From Minutocellus sp. GHC0000111 (Eukaryota): 64,000 bases of DNA. The first letter of the stretch is position 1. Each line of letters begins with the position of its first letter. A model generated the notes under the pieces. It was not told the DNA's origin and did no database searches. It saw nothing but the letters and a program-made list of their open reading frames with translations. The DNA is taken from NCBI GenBank assembly GCA_977018835.1, contig OZ361258.1, positions 1,240,001 to 1,304,000 on the forward strand, in the 5' to 3' direction. Shown in pieces: positions 23,626 through 35,872 of the stretch. The position numbers were made by a program, and so were the translations under genes.

Positions 23626-26369
23626 ATGTCCCTACTCGTTGTGTTTGTCGTTCTTCTCCTTGCGGACCTTGCATTTCGCCCGGCATCGGCTGGTGCCACA
23701 ACAACACTTGCTGCGTCTAGCTCCTGCACGAATTTTGTTGAATGTAGTGGAGGATTTCGATTTCAAGTCGTAGCAGGCGTGACGACGGTAACTTCGTGTC
23801 ACGACGCCTGCCTGAAGGAGTCTGGTGGAGTTTCCAGCAATTGCTGCGTCTTCCCGAGCGACTGCGACAGGTTCACAGGCAAGGTATGTGCCGACGCTGG
23901 CCAAACCAGCTGCAATAGCTTCGGCAGCAGCTCCGGTGGCGCGTGTCGTGATGCCAGAATTCCTACGGTGATCTCAAGCTTCCACGGTGACCAAGCCTGT
24001 TTCAAAATGGGCTTCAGGGGACAGGTTGGTGATGTCATCGGCAGCTGCAAACGACTGCCAGGCGATTTTTCAATAGATAAACAATAGCAATATCTCGGTG
24101 AAAACGGCGGATATGTCGGCAACATTGTCAATAGCTGCGTTGGAGACGAGTCTTGTCCCGTGTAGCTTCCGATTTTGGCACGATAAGTTACATGGAGAAA
24201 AGCTGCATCGGAAAGGAGGCTTGCCAGTCAATGGCCCTGAGCGGGAGTATAGGCATCCTCGCATACAGTTGCATAACTGAACTATCTTGCACTGGTGTCC
24301 AGTGTTATTCTCAGTTCTTGCCTGGATGTAGCCTTGATGAGACAAAACCAGGAATCGACTTTATGAACGGAAGCTGCATCAAATTTCGTGGCTGCTATGG
24401 ATACAAGGGGACTGATGATGGCAGTGGGCTGACCTGCACTGCCGAAATATCTCCCACCACCCTTTACTCGCCAGACTTCGCTTCATGCGTAGATGGCAAT
24501 AGTGGAAAGGAAAGTACGTGTCAAGGATCCAGTGACGTTTGCACGCCTGTCGTCCTTCTTGGTGGTAGCATGCCGACCACATGCACGAATTTCGTCGATT
24601 GCGATGGCGGATTCCAAGTGCTGGCGGGATCAACGACGACAACTACTTGCCACGATGCTTGCTTGGCGGCGTCCGGTGGAGCTCCTAGTAACTGCTGCGT
24701 CTCCCCAAATGATTGCGACGGCTTCACGGGTAGCGTATGCGCCGAAGCTGGTCAAAAGAGTTGCGACGGGGGAAGAGCGTGCCTCGATGCTACAATTCCC
24801 AAGGTGGAAAATTCTTGCCAGGGGATTATTTCCTGTCAGCAAGCTGGTCAGAATGGTAAAGTTGGCGACCTGGTCGACAGCTGCCAGGGCTTCAGTTCCT
24901 GTAATGCAGCCGGCAAGGATGGCGGAGATGTGGGCGACATCGTTTCTAGTTGTAAGTCGTTATCGGCCTGCTTCGCTCTACCGGGGAAAGGTCGGGGATG
25001 TCAACGAAAGCTGCAAACCGAACCGAGGCCCAACGAACAATGGGCTAGATGCGCAGCAATGCTTAGGGCTTGGGGCCGATGGAGAAGTGGGCGATATCAG
25101 CAGGAGCTGCGTCGGACTGTCGGCTTGCTCATTTGGAGCCAGCGCGGATGGGTTTCTTGATCATATTCGGGACAGCTGCCGTGGAAATCAAGCTTGTAGG
25201 AATATTGCTAGACAGGGTGGAAGCATCGGGATGATTTCCTACAGTTGCAATAATGACAAAGCCTGCTTTCAGGTTCAGTGCAAAGGAACTTCTTCATATT
25301 CTGGCCAGGACCCAACCGCTCCAGGGATTGAATTTATAAACGGAAGCTGTAATACTGAAGGAGGTTGCTTAAAATACGTGGGGAATAATGATGGGAGCGG
25401 CCTTACATGAGCTCTAAACTCCACCGCCGATGCCTTCTCACCAAACACCACGCCTTGCATCGATGCCGAAAGCACCGAGGTCAGCACATGCGACGGAATG
25501 AGTAATGCCTGCACTTCTCTCTGCCCAGTCGGAGAGGCCTTCATCCCATCAAACTACTGGGTGCCACCTCTCGACAAGCCAGAAACGACATGTGAGCATG
25601 TCCGACTCAAGATCCCCGACCACGGTGAGTTCACGTGCTTGCCGATCGGTGAAGGCATCTGCCGTGATAATGGCGGGGCCTTTTGGCGAGTGGAGATTTG
25701 GCATCGAGGAAGTCCAAACTCCACCATGCGAAGTAACCAGCATCTGCCGTATTGGAACAGCAACCGATACTTTCCCTGTCCTTATAGATCCCGCAAACAC
25801 GCGCTATCCCATCACCGGTACCACCTTCACTGATAGTGACACGGGCGAGATCTGCAAGAACGACCTCAATGAGGCCGTCCGAGGATGCAACTATGCTGGC
25901 ACTACCCATATTGATATCTGATGATATCGAGAGTAACCCCAACCGCTATTCCAACGAGCGACCCTTTATGTTTTTCTACGACCAAAAGTCGCATCAATAT
26001 CTCTACCAGCTGGTGTGCGACGGTATCGGAGAGGAGGGCAAGCTTCCAGAGCTCAAGATGGTGAATCAAAAAGACCTAGCCGATGCAACCTATGTAGATT
26101 ATCCCGTCGACATTGTCAAGTTCAAGAAGGGCGCTACACCAAACACCGACGATAGTAACGAGCTTTGGAGAATGTATATTGATTGGAATGGGTTCGAAGA
26201 TCCAGACACTAGACGCATCGGAAAGTTGGCCTCGTTCATCGGCGTTTCTCATAGGAAATTTTGCACGGAGTACGTTTCGGCGACCGACAAGGCTTGCTGG
26301 AAGGAAGACTACAACGACGGCAGCGTGGCGACGCCTGAGGCTTATGAGAGAGACAATTGTACCCTCTAG
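23626..26369 (+). pseudogene. Secreted Cys-rich repeat protein with multiple lesions
   Basis: Signal peptide and two large internal repeats (CTNFVxCxGG...CHDACL...NCCVxPxDCDxFTG; xGxIxxSCxGxxAC units). In-frame TAG at 24085-24087, TGA at 25408-25410 at a Cys position, and several frameshifts. Confidence 0.7.
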
Positions 26370-26454
26370 ATCTAAGCATGTAATGATTTCAATTATAAAA
26401 CAAAATTTAAATTATTTCGCGTCTTGGCCTTGAGACACTACCGGTAGTCTACTT

Positions 26455-26660
26455 CATAGATCTAGATCTAGAGTCTCTATACATGTTGATGCACTACATG
26501 TAGATCTAGATCTACCAGTAATAATATCTCGCCGATGTTGGCAAGAGCTAGATCTACTACATGTAGATCTAGATCTAGAGATACGATACATGTAGAGCCT
26601 CCCAATGTCTCACCACCAAAATGTGGACTGAATCTACTAGATCTATGTACACGTACATTT
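26455..26660. repeat. Palindrome-rich low-complexity tract (TAGATCTAGATCTA / TACATGTA)
   Basis: Repeated AGATCT, TCTAGA and ACATGT hexamers. Confidence 0.7.
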
Positions 26661-26684
26661 AGGTTTATAAGGATAAGGATAAGG

Positions 26685-27035
26685 CCAGCATTTGGCCATG
26701 CAACTCATAGAACGGCCAGTCAAATACCGAATTCAGATAGTACATGGCAGCAACATTTGTTTCGCTGCGGTTTGCAGCGGCGGCGGCTGCCTTGACACGT
26801 TGGCACTCTCCCGGCAGTATGCGTTTCTGTCTTCCGCGACCATTCTTATTGGCATGGGCCTTCTCGAATGTTGCCATTGAGCGAATATCGACCGATTTCG
26901 GCCAGAGCCTCAGCACTCCACACGCCGCTGGAATTGCCGGAGTGGAAGAAGACCGGGAGGGTGCTCCACGAGAAGAGACCGAGGAGGTTGTTCATGGCGC
27001 GGCGAGAGGGAGGCTTGGAGTGCAAGTGGTGGACT
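26685..27035 (-). pseudogene. Diverged 5' fragment of the glycoside hydrolase gene at ~22850-23180
   Basis: Colinear and clearly similar sequence (MNNLLGLFSWSTLPVFFHSGNSSGVWS...YYLNSVFDWPFYEL) with a frameshift near 26878; truncated. Confidence 0.85.
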
Positions 27036-27114
27036 GGGCGTGCATTCAACCGAGGGGTTCTGACCCCCTGCCGATGCCGGTAGGCCCTTGGTGTCGCCGC
27101 GGCCTGGCGCGGCG

Positions 27115-27306
27115 ATTGTGAATGCAGATGGTTATGCCCGTATCTTTGATGCTGTTGATGAAAATGAAACTGGGGAAGTAGAGTGGAAGCAGGCCGGTGG
27201 CGACATCATTGGTCCAAGTGGCGGTGGCTATGACTTTGGATTTTCTATTGCCATCTCACGAGACGTCGGAAGCCGGATTGCCGTGGGAAGACCTGCTGGG
27301 GGATGA
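27115..27306 (+). pseudogene. Isolated FG-GAP-like repeat fragment
   Basis: GYARIFD...WKQAGGDIIG...FGFSIAISRDVGSRIAVGRP is a single beta-propeller blade pattern with no clear start. Confidence 0.55.
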
Positions 27307-27759
27307 CTCAGTTGGGACTTGTACGTCTCTATGAGTTGGTTTGATCATTGCATGCAGCTGAATTCTATTCTATATCATAAACGTTTACCTTCACATGTAG
27401 ATCTGTTTTTGCTACCCCATGCCATGTCAGATTTGGAGAACGGGGGTTCTCCGTATTTTAGAAGAATATCGGGGCTATTGCGACGACTGTCGAGCGGATG
27501 CGAAGCCAACGGCGGCGCGCGGCCGCCGCCTCCTCGCTGGCATCGGCACCTGGCTGGAACTTGCTGCTGACTGCTGGGAGGCCGGGGTACTCTTCCTACG
27601 TGCACTCGTAGTCTTGCGTTCTGTTGCCGTCGAATATAACGGTAGAAGCAAAGCAGTTCTTCAACTGTGTCGTCATTTGTCGAGGAACCGTGTAGCAGGA
27701 GCCCACCAGTGTAGACGTAGCACATCACTGAACTCACCTCATATTATGGACGCGCAAGA

Positions 27760-29010
27760 ATGAGCGACCTCTCCACCTTCTCGTACTCCATCTGCCTCGA
27801 GCTGCTGCACAAACCTGCTGTGAATCCCTGTGGTCATGTCTTTTGCTATTGGTGCATGCATCGAGCCATGGACCTTCTCAATGAAACTCATCACTGCCCT
27901 TTGTGCCGAGAGGAGTTCACGCATTTCCCCGCGGTGTGTTGGTCACTTCAGAAATATCTCAAGGACACATTTCCCAGCGAGATGAAGGACCGGGAGGAAG
28001 AGGTAGGCAAGCTCGAGAAGGAAGAATACAACGCTGAATCACCAGAGGCGCCAGCTTCACTCAAATCCGAAGACAAAAATGCCCTGAATGCGTTGCTTGA
28101 AAACTTTCAATGCACCGAGTGTGGGAAGACGCCGGCGCCGCCCACGGTCCTGACTTGTGGTCACATCGTCTGCTGCGGGACGGAGAAAACTTCGTTGCGT
28201 CAAAAGAAGACGTGTCCCGTCGAGGGGTGCATTGGAAAGATGGCGGCGGCAGGTCAATCCAAAACATGTTCGCTGATTGACACCATCCTAAAAAAACACA
28301 TGACTAAAGAGGGATATGCCCAGGCGGCATCTACTGCGTCTTGCTGTAGCGGGATTTTCCTTGAAACGAATTCCGCAGCTGCCGACGACGTAGGCCTAGA
28401 TACAAACAAAGATGAAAATAAGTCGTTCGTGCCAGGCGATCGAGTTGTGATTCATGGCCTCCGAAGCGAGAAGGGATCAAAATTCAACGGGAAAATGGCG
28501 AGGATCGAGTCTCGTGATGATGGCACCGGCCGGTATACCTGTACCGTCTTTGATATTTCCCCAGGTGTTAACATGGCCATACGAGCCAAGCGTGAAAATC
28601 TGAGAAAGACCAAGGAGGATCAATATGTTCACTTTGGCGTTGGCTGTGATGGTTGTGGGGTCTTCCCCATCGTCGGCCAACGCTGGAAATGTGACGACTG
28701 CTCTGAGGAGATTGGGTTCGATTTGTGCGGCGACTGCTACGATTGTGGGGTCCACAAGCGAGAGGGCAAGGTTACCGTCGGGAGATTCAACCAGCAGCAT
28801 CGTCCAGATCACAACATGATACTTATGGAGCAGGTCAATACGTTCTTTCATCAGCTTCAGAGGGTCCATCCAAATGTGCCCCTCTCACAGCTGCTTTCGA
28901 TGGTCGAGATGGCGCAGTCTGGAGCTGAAGGTTCCGGCGACGAAGATGGTGATGATGAAGATGGGGATAATAATATTGATGAGGAGGAAGAAGAGGAAGA
29001 GGATAGCTAG
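27760..29010 (+). CDS. PRT1: PRT1-like E3 ubiquitin ligase (RING, RING-like, ZZ zinc finger)
   Basis: ICLELLHKPAVNPCGHVFCYWC...CPLCR; CTEC...LTCGHIVC...CPVEGC; HFGVGCDGCGVFPIVGQRWKCDDC...FDLCGDC...GRFNQQHRPDH. Confidence 0.8.
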   Translation: MSDLSTFSYSICLELLHKPAVNPCGHVFCYWCMHRAMDLLNETHHCPLCREEFTHFPAVCWSLQKYLKDTFPSEMKDREEEVGKLEKEEYNAESPEAPASLKSEDKNALNALLENFQCTECGKTPAPPTVLTCGHIVCCGTEKTSLRQKKTCPVEGCIGKMAAAGQSKTCSLIDTILKKHMTKEGYAQAASTASCCSGIFLETNSAAADDVGLDTNKDENKSFVPGDRVVIHGLRSEKGSKFNGKMARIESRDDGTGRYTCTVFDISPGVNMAIRAKRENLRKTKEDQYVHFGVGCDGCGVFPIVGQRWKCDDCSEEIGFDLCGDCYDCGVHKREGKVTVGRFNQQHRPDHNMILMEQVNTFFHQLQRVHPNVPLSQLLSMVEMAQSGAEGSGDEDGDDEDGDNNIDEEEEEEEDS

Positions 29011-29160
29011 AGTGGAAGAGAATACACGCGCTAAGATTATGTGAATGTAATAGCTCAGGTTCAAATTGAATGATACAGTATTTTCGAATTATGAAAACAG
29101 TTTTGCCGTGCCGAATCTCTCTAATATAAGCACGAACAATGCATTGTACAAAGTTATCAT

Positions 29161-31074
29161 CTACACGATTCCAAGACCGCCACCAAGAGCGACAATGGCA
29201 ACGCCACGGAATTCTTCCGGCCAGGCAGCTGACCAAGCGGTCTGCATCTCTTGAGCCAGAGATGGGTGGCTTTCAGCGAATTCGTTCGGAGCTTCGGCGA
29301 AGCATACAATGATTGAGTCAACTGCACTCGAAAGGAGGCCCATCACGATGCCGCTGAGGACGAGACCGATGACGAATCCGACACTGTTATGACAGATAGG
29401 AAGGGACGGGGAGGAAGGGATGGGGTTAGAAAAAAGAATAGAATGCAGATTGAACCCAAGGCACAGTATTTAAAAGCCCAGTGCCTGCACCGATAGTACT
29501 CACGTAAAGCCCGCTCCCAACCAACCGCCCGTCGATTCCAGCTCTTCCACGAGAAGGGCGGCCAGGAGGGTAGCCACCCCAGTCAGAAGGCCAATGGTCA
29601 GGCAAACGATACCTAGCAACCGATTGACCAGATTGTCGGCAATGATGGCCGTCCAGCCCCTCGTCTTGAAGAGATTCATGACCTTTTTGCCGGCCGAAAT
29701 GTAGTCGTAGCCGTAGAGGCCAACATAAATGTATGCCCACTTGTTGAAGTATTCGACGATGCGTTCAAGGTAGAGAAGGATGCAGGCCGCGATGCAGTGC
29801 AGGATGCCGTTGCGGTTGTTGCGATCGTTGGCAGCCGAGCGGAGGATCGACCGGAGGAGCTGCAAAATGGCCACGATGAGCGATCCAAAGGCGACCGACC
29901 CGAGAGAGTACGTCGACGACCGCAAGAACGAATCCCGGACGGCCGGGCTGCAGAACGACGAGGCCTCGAGGGGGGTGAACCACCACGTTCCTACCACACC
30001 GGCGACGGAGGATCGGAGGATGTTTTGAAGGACCTGATGGGTCCAGTAGAACGACAGGAGAAAGAGGAGGGCCAGACCACCGCCCAAACTGTTGAGTTCC
30101 TCGTCGTTGCCATTGTTGTACTGTTGTTGATCCATCGGCACGGGCTCTTTCATAGCATCGAGGCTCATGGTACCCACAAACGCCAAAATCCAACTAAAAC
30201 TAAAGGCAACCAACGCCACGAGGACGCCCAGTGCCACCAGGGCGATGCCCAGGTTGGCCTTGACGACGCGGATGGCGCAGGTCAGGTTGCAGGCCGCAAA
30301 GGGGATCTTGTGCTGGACACTCCGTGCGTAACAAATCAAACATCCGGTCATGATCAGGTACAGTATGCCGGCGGGCGGAGCCAGCGGTAGGAAGACGAGG
30401 GCCGCCATTCCGCAAAGTACGACGGAAAAGTACAACGACGCGCGGATGAGCGACGCCGCGTTGCGCGACATGACGCCCAGAGTGAGAAGGGAGAGGGTGG
30501 GGGCCGCAATGGTCGCGATGGTAACGACCGTGATCCAAAAGTCGGCACCGGGGATGTTGCTGGTGGTGTTATCGGATCCGTCTCCGTTGCCATCTTCGTC
30601 CCGATCGTCCGTATTTATATTTGCGTCTGCATTTCCATTTGCATCAGTCTCCTCTTCGGCCTCCTCCTTCATGGTACTCCACGCAGCTGGGCCGAGCACA
30701 ACCGACGTTCCCAAAACGGCCACCAGATGGACCACAAAGGCAATTGCAAACCAAACATCCCGAAAGGCCGGCTGCTGCACCTCTCCTCTTTCCCAAGTGA
30801 TTTGTATCCCGTCGTCGTCCGTGCCGGCCACGTCGTGAATGTTGGCGCCGCTCTTTTTGCCATCTTGCTTCTCGTTGGGGCGAGTTGTCTTTTGATTCGT
30901 GGAGGCCGAGCTCCCTCTTCGGCTGGCCGTGCCGCCACTACTGCTGCCGCCCGAGAGAGTTACCGCCGTGGCGATGGGGAGGGACGTGTCTTCGTGGGTA
31001 GATGCCACCGCCGAGGCGACGGTATCCGTGGGAACGCCGGAGTACTGGCCGTGCTTCTTCTTGTCGTTTCCCAT
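29161..31074 (-). CDS. Choline transporter-like (CTL/SLC44/PNS1) protein (intron 29384-29503)
   Basis: FRDVWFA, FYWTHQV, AGVVGTWWF, SLGSVAFGSLIVA, YFNKWAYIYVGLYG and SAVDSIIVCFAEAP. Confidence 0.9.
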
Positions 31075-31267
31075 CGTTCGCAGCGGCAGCGAGAAAATAA
31101 ATGAGAAAGCAGATGCGCTGCGCTATCGCAGTCGAGCGAGTCGAATGTAAAAGATCCGGGTGTTTTCGGGCCTCCATCCTACCCGCACATCACACATCAC
31201 AATTTTTTTTTTTTTTTTTACAAAGCAAGAATCAAACAGCGATACATGTAAAACGAGAGCCCCAACC

Positions 31268-32361
31268 ATGACGAGATACGGGCCCCTAATCCTGACCGCG
31301 ACGGCGTGCGCGGCCGCTGCCCTGTCGGCCGACGCCCGCCTGGTCGATCCCTCTACCAACTCCAATAACAACAATAGCAACCAGCGCCGCCGACGTCGGG
31401 CGGCCGAAGCCAAACTGCAGGGCCTCCCCAACGGCGGTGCGGACGAATTTAGCCGGCTCGACAGGAACGATGAGAACGCGGAGGGGCCGGTACCCGGGAC
31501 CGAACGGGCGGTTCCTTTGGATGCCCGATGAACGATTGGGCCGAGCTGGCATCGAACGGGGAGATTCAGAACCTGTTCGATGGATCGAAAGTGGTTGATC
31601 CGCTCATGAGGGCGATTCTAATGAACGTGGTGTCGTTCAAGGGTACGTGGACCCGGCAGTTTGATCCCACAAAGACCGAGGTGGGGGTGTTCTACAAGAC
31701 GAGGTCGTCGGAGGGGAAGAGTAGTGAGGAGAAGGTCGTCAAGTACATGAAGGATCGACGACACGTGCTGCTCCACCCGGCCCAGGAGGAGCTGGGGGAT
31801 GCCATCGTGATGAAGTTGGATTATGGACCTGTGAGGAAGGATCCCGAACGTGGTTGGGATCTGCCGTCGGAATTTGCCGCCCTGTTCGTCCTGCCCAGGG
31901 ACGATACCGTGGAGTCCGAACAGGCCGCCTTGGAGGGGCTGGCCAAGTCGTCGGTGACCGAGCTCATTCAGGGACTGCGCCCTCGGGAGGTCAATCTGTC
32001 TCTGCCCAAGTTCAAGCTCGAGTTTGGCACCGCATCGTTGTCGGAGGCGCTCCGATCGATGGGACTGAATGAGGTATTTGACGGCACCAAGGTACTGAGC
32101 CAGATGAGTGACGATTCCGAACTGCATCTGGATGATGTGCTGCACAAGGCCGTGATGGAGGTGACCGAGGAGGGTACCACGGCCAGTGCGGCGACGGCTG
32201 CCATGATCATGACCCGCAGTGTACCACCGCCGCCGATGGATTTAGCACTCAACAGACCATTCTTTGTGATGGTGGTCCATGTCGAGACCGGCACGCCATT
32301 GTTTGTTGGACGGGTAGGCGATCCAAATTTGTCATTCGAAGAGGATGGAGTTGAGAGATAG
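31268..32361 (+). pseudogene. Serpin lacking its N-terminal helical part; frameshift at ~31525
   Basis: ILMNVVSFKGTW, LSLPKFKL, HKAVMEVTEEGTTASAATAA and LNRPF are present. The signal-peptide ORF stops at 31531 in another frame, and no s6B/hB (SPxSI) region is present. Confidence 0.75.
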
Positions 32362-32565
32362 GAAGAGATAGGAAGAGAAGAATACGTGTATAGAAGTAAA
32401 AAACTCGCTTCGTAGATCTACATTGGATAGAATATGTATTGTTGAACATAATTTTGCATTCTATTAGAGAATTCATTACGGTAACTATAATATATCCATT
32501 GCTTGTACCGCGCCGCACCTAAGATAATCTCCAATGTACGCAAACAAAAATCTCTTGCATTGCTC

Positions 32566-33220
32566 CTACTCGGTGTAGGTAAGGGCAAGGAAGATGTAGG
32601 AGTCCTTGCCAATCAGACGATTGTGGTCCTTCTTCTGGACGTGAGTGGGGGCAGCCGAGAGACCCATTTCGTCAAGCTTGATCTTACACTTGCCCATCTC
32701 ATCGTCGCTGAGGGGGTCCTTATCCTTGATCTTGCAAGTCAGTTCCATGTTCTATTGATTGAGTAAAATGCAAAAAGCAGTAAAGGGATACATTAGTGGT
32801 AGTCCTCGTAGCTATATCGATAGGTGGTACCGTGGCATTTTTTGTATCAGATATCGCAGCATTCAACTCTTGCAGAAATTAGGCTTACCTTCAAGGTGGG
32901 GATGTTGAAGTGGAAAGTCTCGTTGTAGACAGGGTTGAGGTCGTCCTTCTTGACGGTGGACTTCTGCTCTCCAAAGTCCTTGTCGAGGATCATGTTGTCC
33001 TGCTCAAGCTCGAACTAGGGGTAGGGAGAGACAGCAAAGGCGTTGGGAGAAATGTGAGCTACGATCGTAGCCGTATTTTGCATTCGATGTGTGACGATCA
33101 TTCATTCGAACTTGAGAGCAGCATGCAACGACTTACCTTGACGTAGGGATCGGACTTTCCCATGGTGTCCTCATCCTTGAGGTTCGTAACCTTATCGAGG
33201 TGAATAGTCAAAATGCCAAT
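32566..33220 (-). CDS. Single C2-domain protein (introns 33015-33136 and 32752-32888); start uncertain
   Basis: GILTIHLDKVTNLKDEDTMGKSDPYVK|FEL...DLNPVYNETFHF...|...KIKDKDPLSDDEMGKCKI. The first codon reads ATT, so the start is either lost or in an upstream exon. Confidence 0.8.
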
Positions 33221-34175
33221 TTTTTTTCTGTTTTGGATGGCGTTGGAAGAAAGGCAATGGCATTGGAACGAAAGGGAGGCGGGGGAGTGTGAAGCAATAT
33301 ATTTTTTGAGTGCGTCCGTCGAACAAAAATGAGGCAGAGAAGCCTAGGAGAACACAAATGATTCGATTCTCGAAGATGCTACTATTCGCAGTCGGTGCAG
33401 AGCATTACATATGGAGTGAAGAAAGATGTTGTGTCATGGTTTGACTTCTTTCTCGACGAAGGTGAACTGAATGAATCTCCTACTTTCTTCGGTTGAAAGA
33501 TGTCGACTTTCAGTGATATCCAAGCCGATCATGCAGCTAGACATCGAGAGTTCGGATTGGGCACCAAATTCTGTACCAAACAGAGATCAATACACAAGCA
33601 TATGCCATGGCATAATTGTTGCCACGAGATGATTCAATTTGCTTTCTCTCGTCAAAAGATATCTTTCCTCGAAGCTTTCGGTATCAATCGAATCAAATCC
33701 AGACGATGGCGCAGAAGAGGAAAGCGAAACAAATGCATTCACATATGATAAGGAGGCAAGGCAATCGCGTGCAGGCCATGAGCGTCCACAGAGGACTTGG
33801 ATAGGTGAACTTACTGTTGGTTGAGTGAATCAGATTGGTTTGGATGAATTGTGACGAACAATGCGGATAGATTCTTGCAGCTTTTGCTTCGCTGGAAGCG
33901 TTGGGATCTTGGCTGGGCAATAAGTATTGAGCACCACAGGCAAATTATGTCCTTTAGACCTCGATTTTTCAGATGTGTTCTTCCTTAGAACTTTGCGAGC
34001 TCTCATAAGCAAAAAATCCGAAAGCTGCATCTTTGCACTCCTCAGTCACATTTTCTGTTAAAATATCCATACATATGAAATTTGAAGAGTACGGTATGAG
34101 TCATCAGCCATGAGCATAAAATTGCTGCTGCCGCCGCTGTCTTTAAAGCGGTGCGGTGACCTACATACATCCGTA

Positions 34176-35400
34176 ATGAGGTTCCCATCTATCCTCTCTT
34201 CAGCTGCAATTGTGTTGCTTTCAGTATCCGCTCCTCAAGCCACAGATGCCATGGCTGTCCCCACCGCCAGAGTCGCCGTTCTGGGCTCCGGAGTTGCCGG
34301 ATCGACGGCAGCTCGGAAGCTCGCCGAGGCAGGGATGAAGGTCAGCGTCTTCGAATGTGGCTTTGGGGTCGGTGGACGAACGTCCACACGCATAACTCGT
34401 GACGAACACAAATTTGCCTTCGATCACGGTGCTCAGTACATCGGAACTCCCAAAACGGAGGCATTCCGGCGGGCTCTCGGGGAGTGGGAGGGTGCTGGAT
34501 TTGTAAAAGAGTGGGAGGGACGAGTTGCCGATGTCGCTGCGTCATCAACAAATGATGACGCCAAAGCTTATTCTCTCAATCAAGACGATGGAGGCAAGAA
34601 ACGATACGTGGGCTTCCCGCGAATGAACAGCATATGCCAAAATCTTCTCGATCATGACAACATCGATATTGTTTTACAAACCAGAGCATGTGCATCATTC
34701 ATTGAGGAGGAAAAACAATGGACATTAACATCGCATGGTGATCGAAAGGAACTGGGACAATTCGATTGGCTCGTTGGTGGAGATCGACTTTCGGCGACCA
34801 ACAATCGAGCAGATCTTCGCAACACACCTCTTGACAGTTTCAAGGAGGAAGTGGAACAGATTGGCTCGGTCCCCATCCTTGTCCTCATGGTAGCATTTGA
34901 ATCGCCTCTGCAGCTACCATACGATGGCATTTCTTTTGATGACATCTCTACTGAATTCGGATTGTTGGGATGGATTGCCCGCGATACGTCCAAGCCAGGT
35001 CGTGAGCGAGGCGATGGTCGTGAGTGCTGGGTGGTCCAGAGCAGTCCCGAAGCTGCCAAGAAGGTGTTGGAAATGACAAAGGACGAGCCCGATTTTTGGA
35101 AACGGAGGGAACTGGTTCGCGAAAAGGCCAAGGATTTACTAACGAACGACTTCTTGGAAGCAATACAAAAATTATCGGGTGGTGATGCTGCGTTGATTCC
35201 TCCTATTGTATCGTCGGTTGGCCACAGGTGGTCGGCTGCATTCCCGTCGCCTCCCAAATCGAGCCATGAAATGGATTGCTTCCTTGACTAAATTCATTGG
35301 CACTGGAGACTACTTGGGAAAGTTGCCAGGGCGAGTCGAAGGGGCTTATGTTAGTGGCTCGGCAGCTGCATCTGCACTGCTGGATGCGCAGTCAAAGTAA
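34176..35400 (+). CDS. Renalase-like FAD/NAD(P) oxidoreductase; frameshift/stop at ~35289
   Basis: VAVLGSGVAG, GGRTSTR, FDHGAQY, YVGFPRMNSIC and HRWSAAFP. The terminal GDYL...RVEGAYVSG motif lies in another frame after TAA 35289-35291. Confidence 0.8.
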
Positions 35401-35872
35401 GATAAAGAATATTTTGCCTTCGAAATTTCTACATTACCATGGTCATCTAGATCTACGAATCTCCTCAACCTCAATTCTCTCTTTACCGGAGTGCTATCAC
35501 TTACTTGCGTAACCCCACCCCCAGCGGCTCTCCAAAAGTGGCACCATTGCGAGGAGGAACCTCTGATCTTGCTGCGCTGGAGGCCATCAGTTCAAATAAG
35601 AATTGCTTCTCGTGGTGGCGGTTCCCTGCAGGAAACTCAGCGTTATCTGGTCCTGCTATTTGTAAAAGTCGCACGCACTCCTGGTCCCGTCTGTCGGCGA
35701 AGGGCTTTTCAATCGTTTGGTGTCATCAACCGGTCAATCGCCACGACTTCTGGTGACAGATCTTCTACGCTACCAATGGTATTGCTGGCAGCGAGAGATA
35801 ACGTAACAGCCGGTTGAATACAAATAGACTGTCTCTGCTAATTGACCTGACTGATTTGCTGCAAATACAACA

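Noticed and set aside
25408..25410. Selenocysteine TGA at a Cys position
   Set aside because: The gene has several other stops and frameshifts, the Cys looks structural, and no SECIS was identified.
33218..33220. Start-codon loss (ATG->ATT) in the C2 gene counted as a firm lesion
   Set aside because: An upstream ATG exon near 33437 could splice in frame to the AG at 33228-33229, so this cannot be decided from sequence alone.
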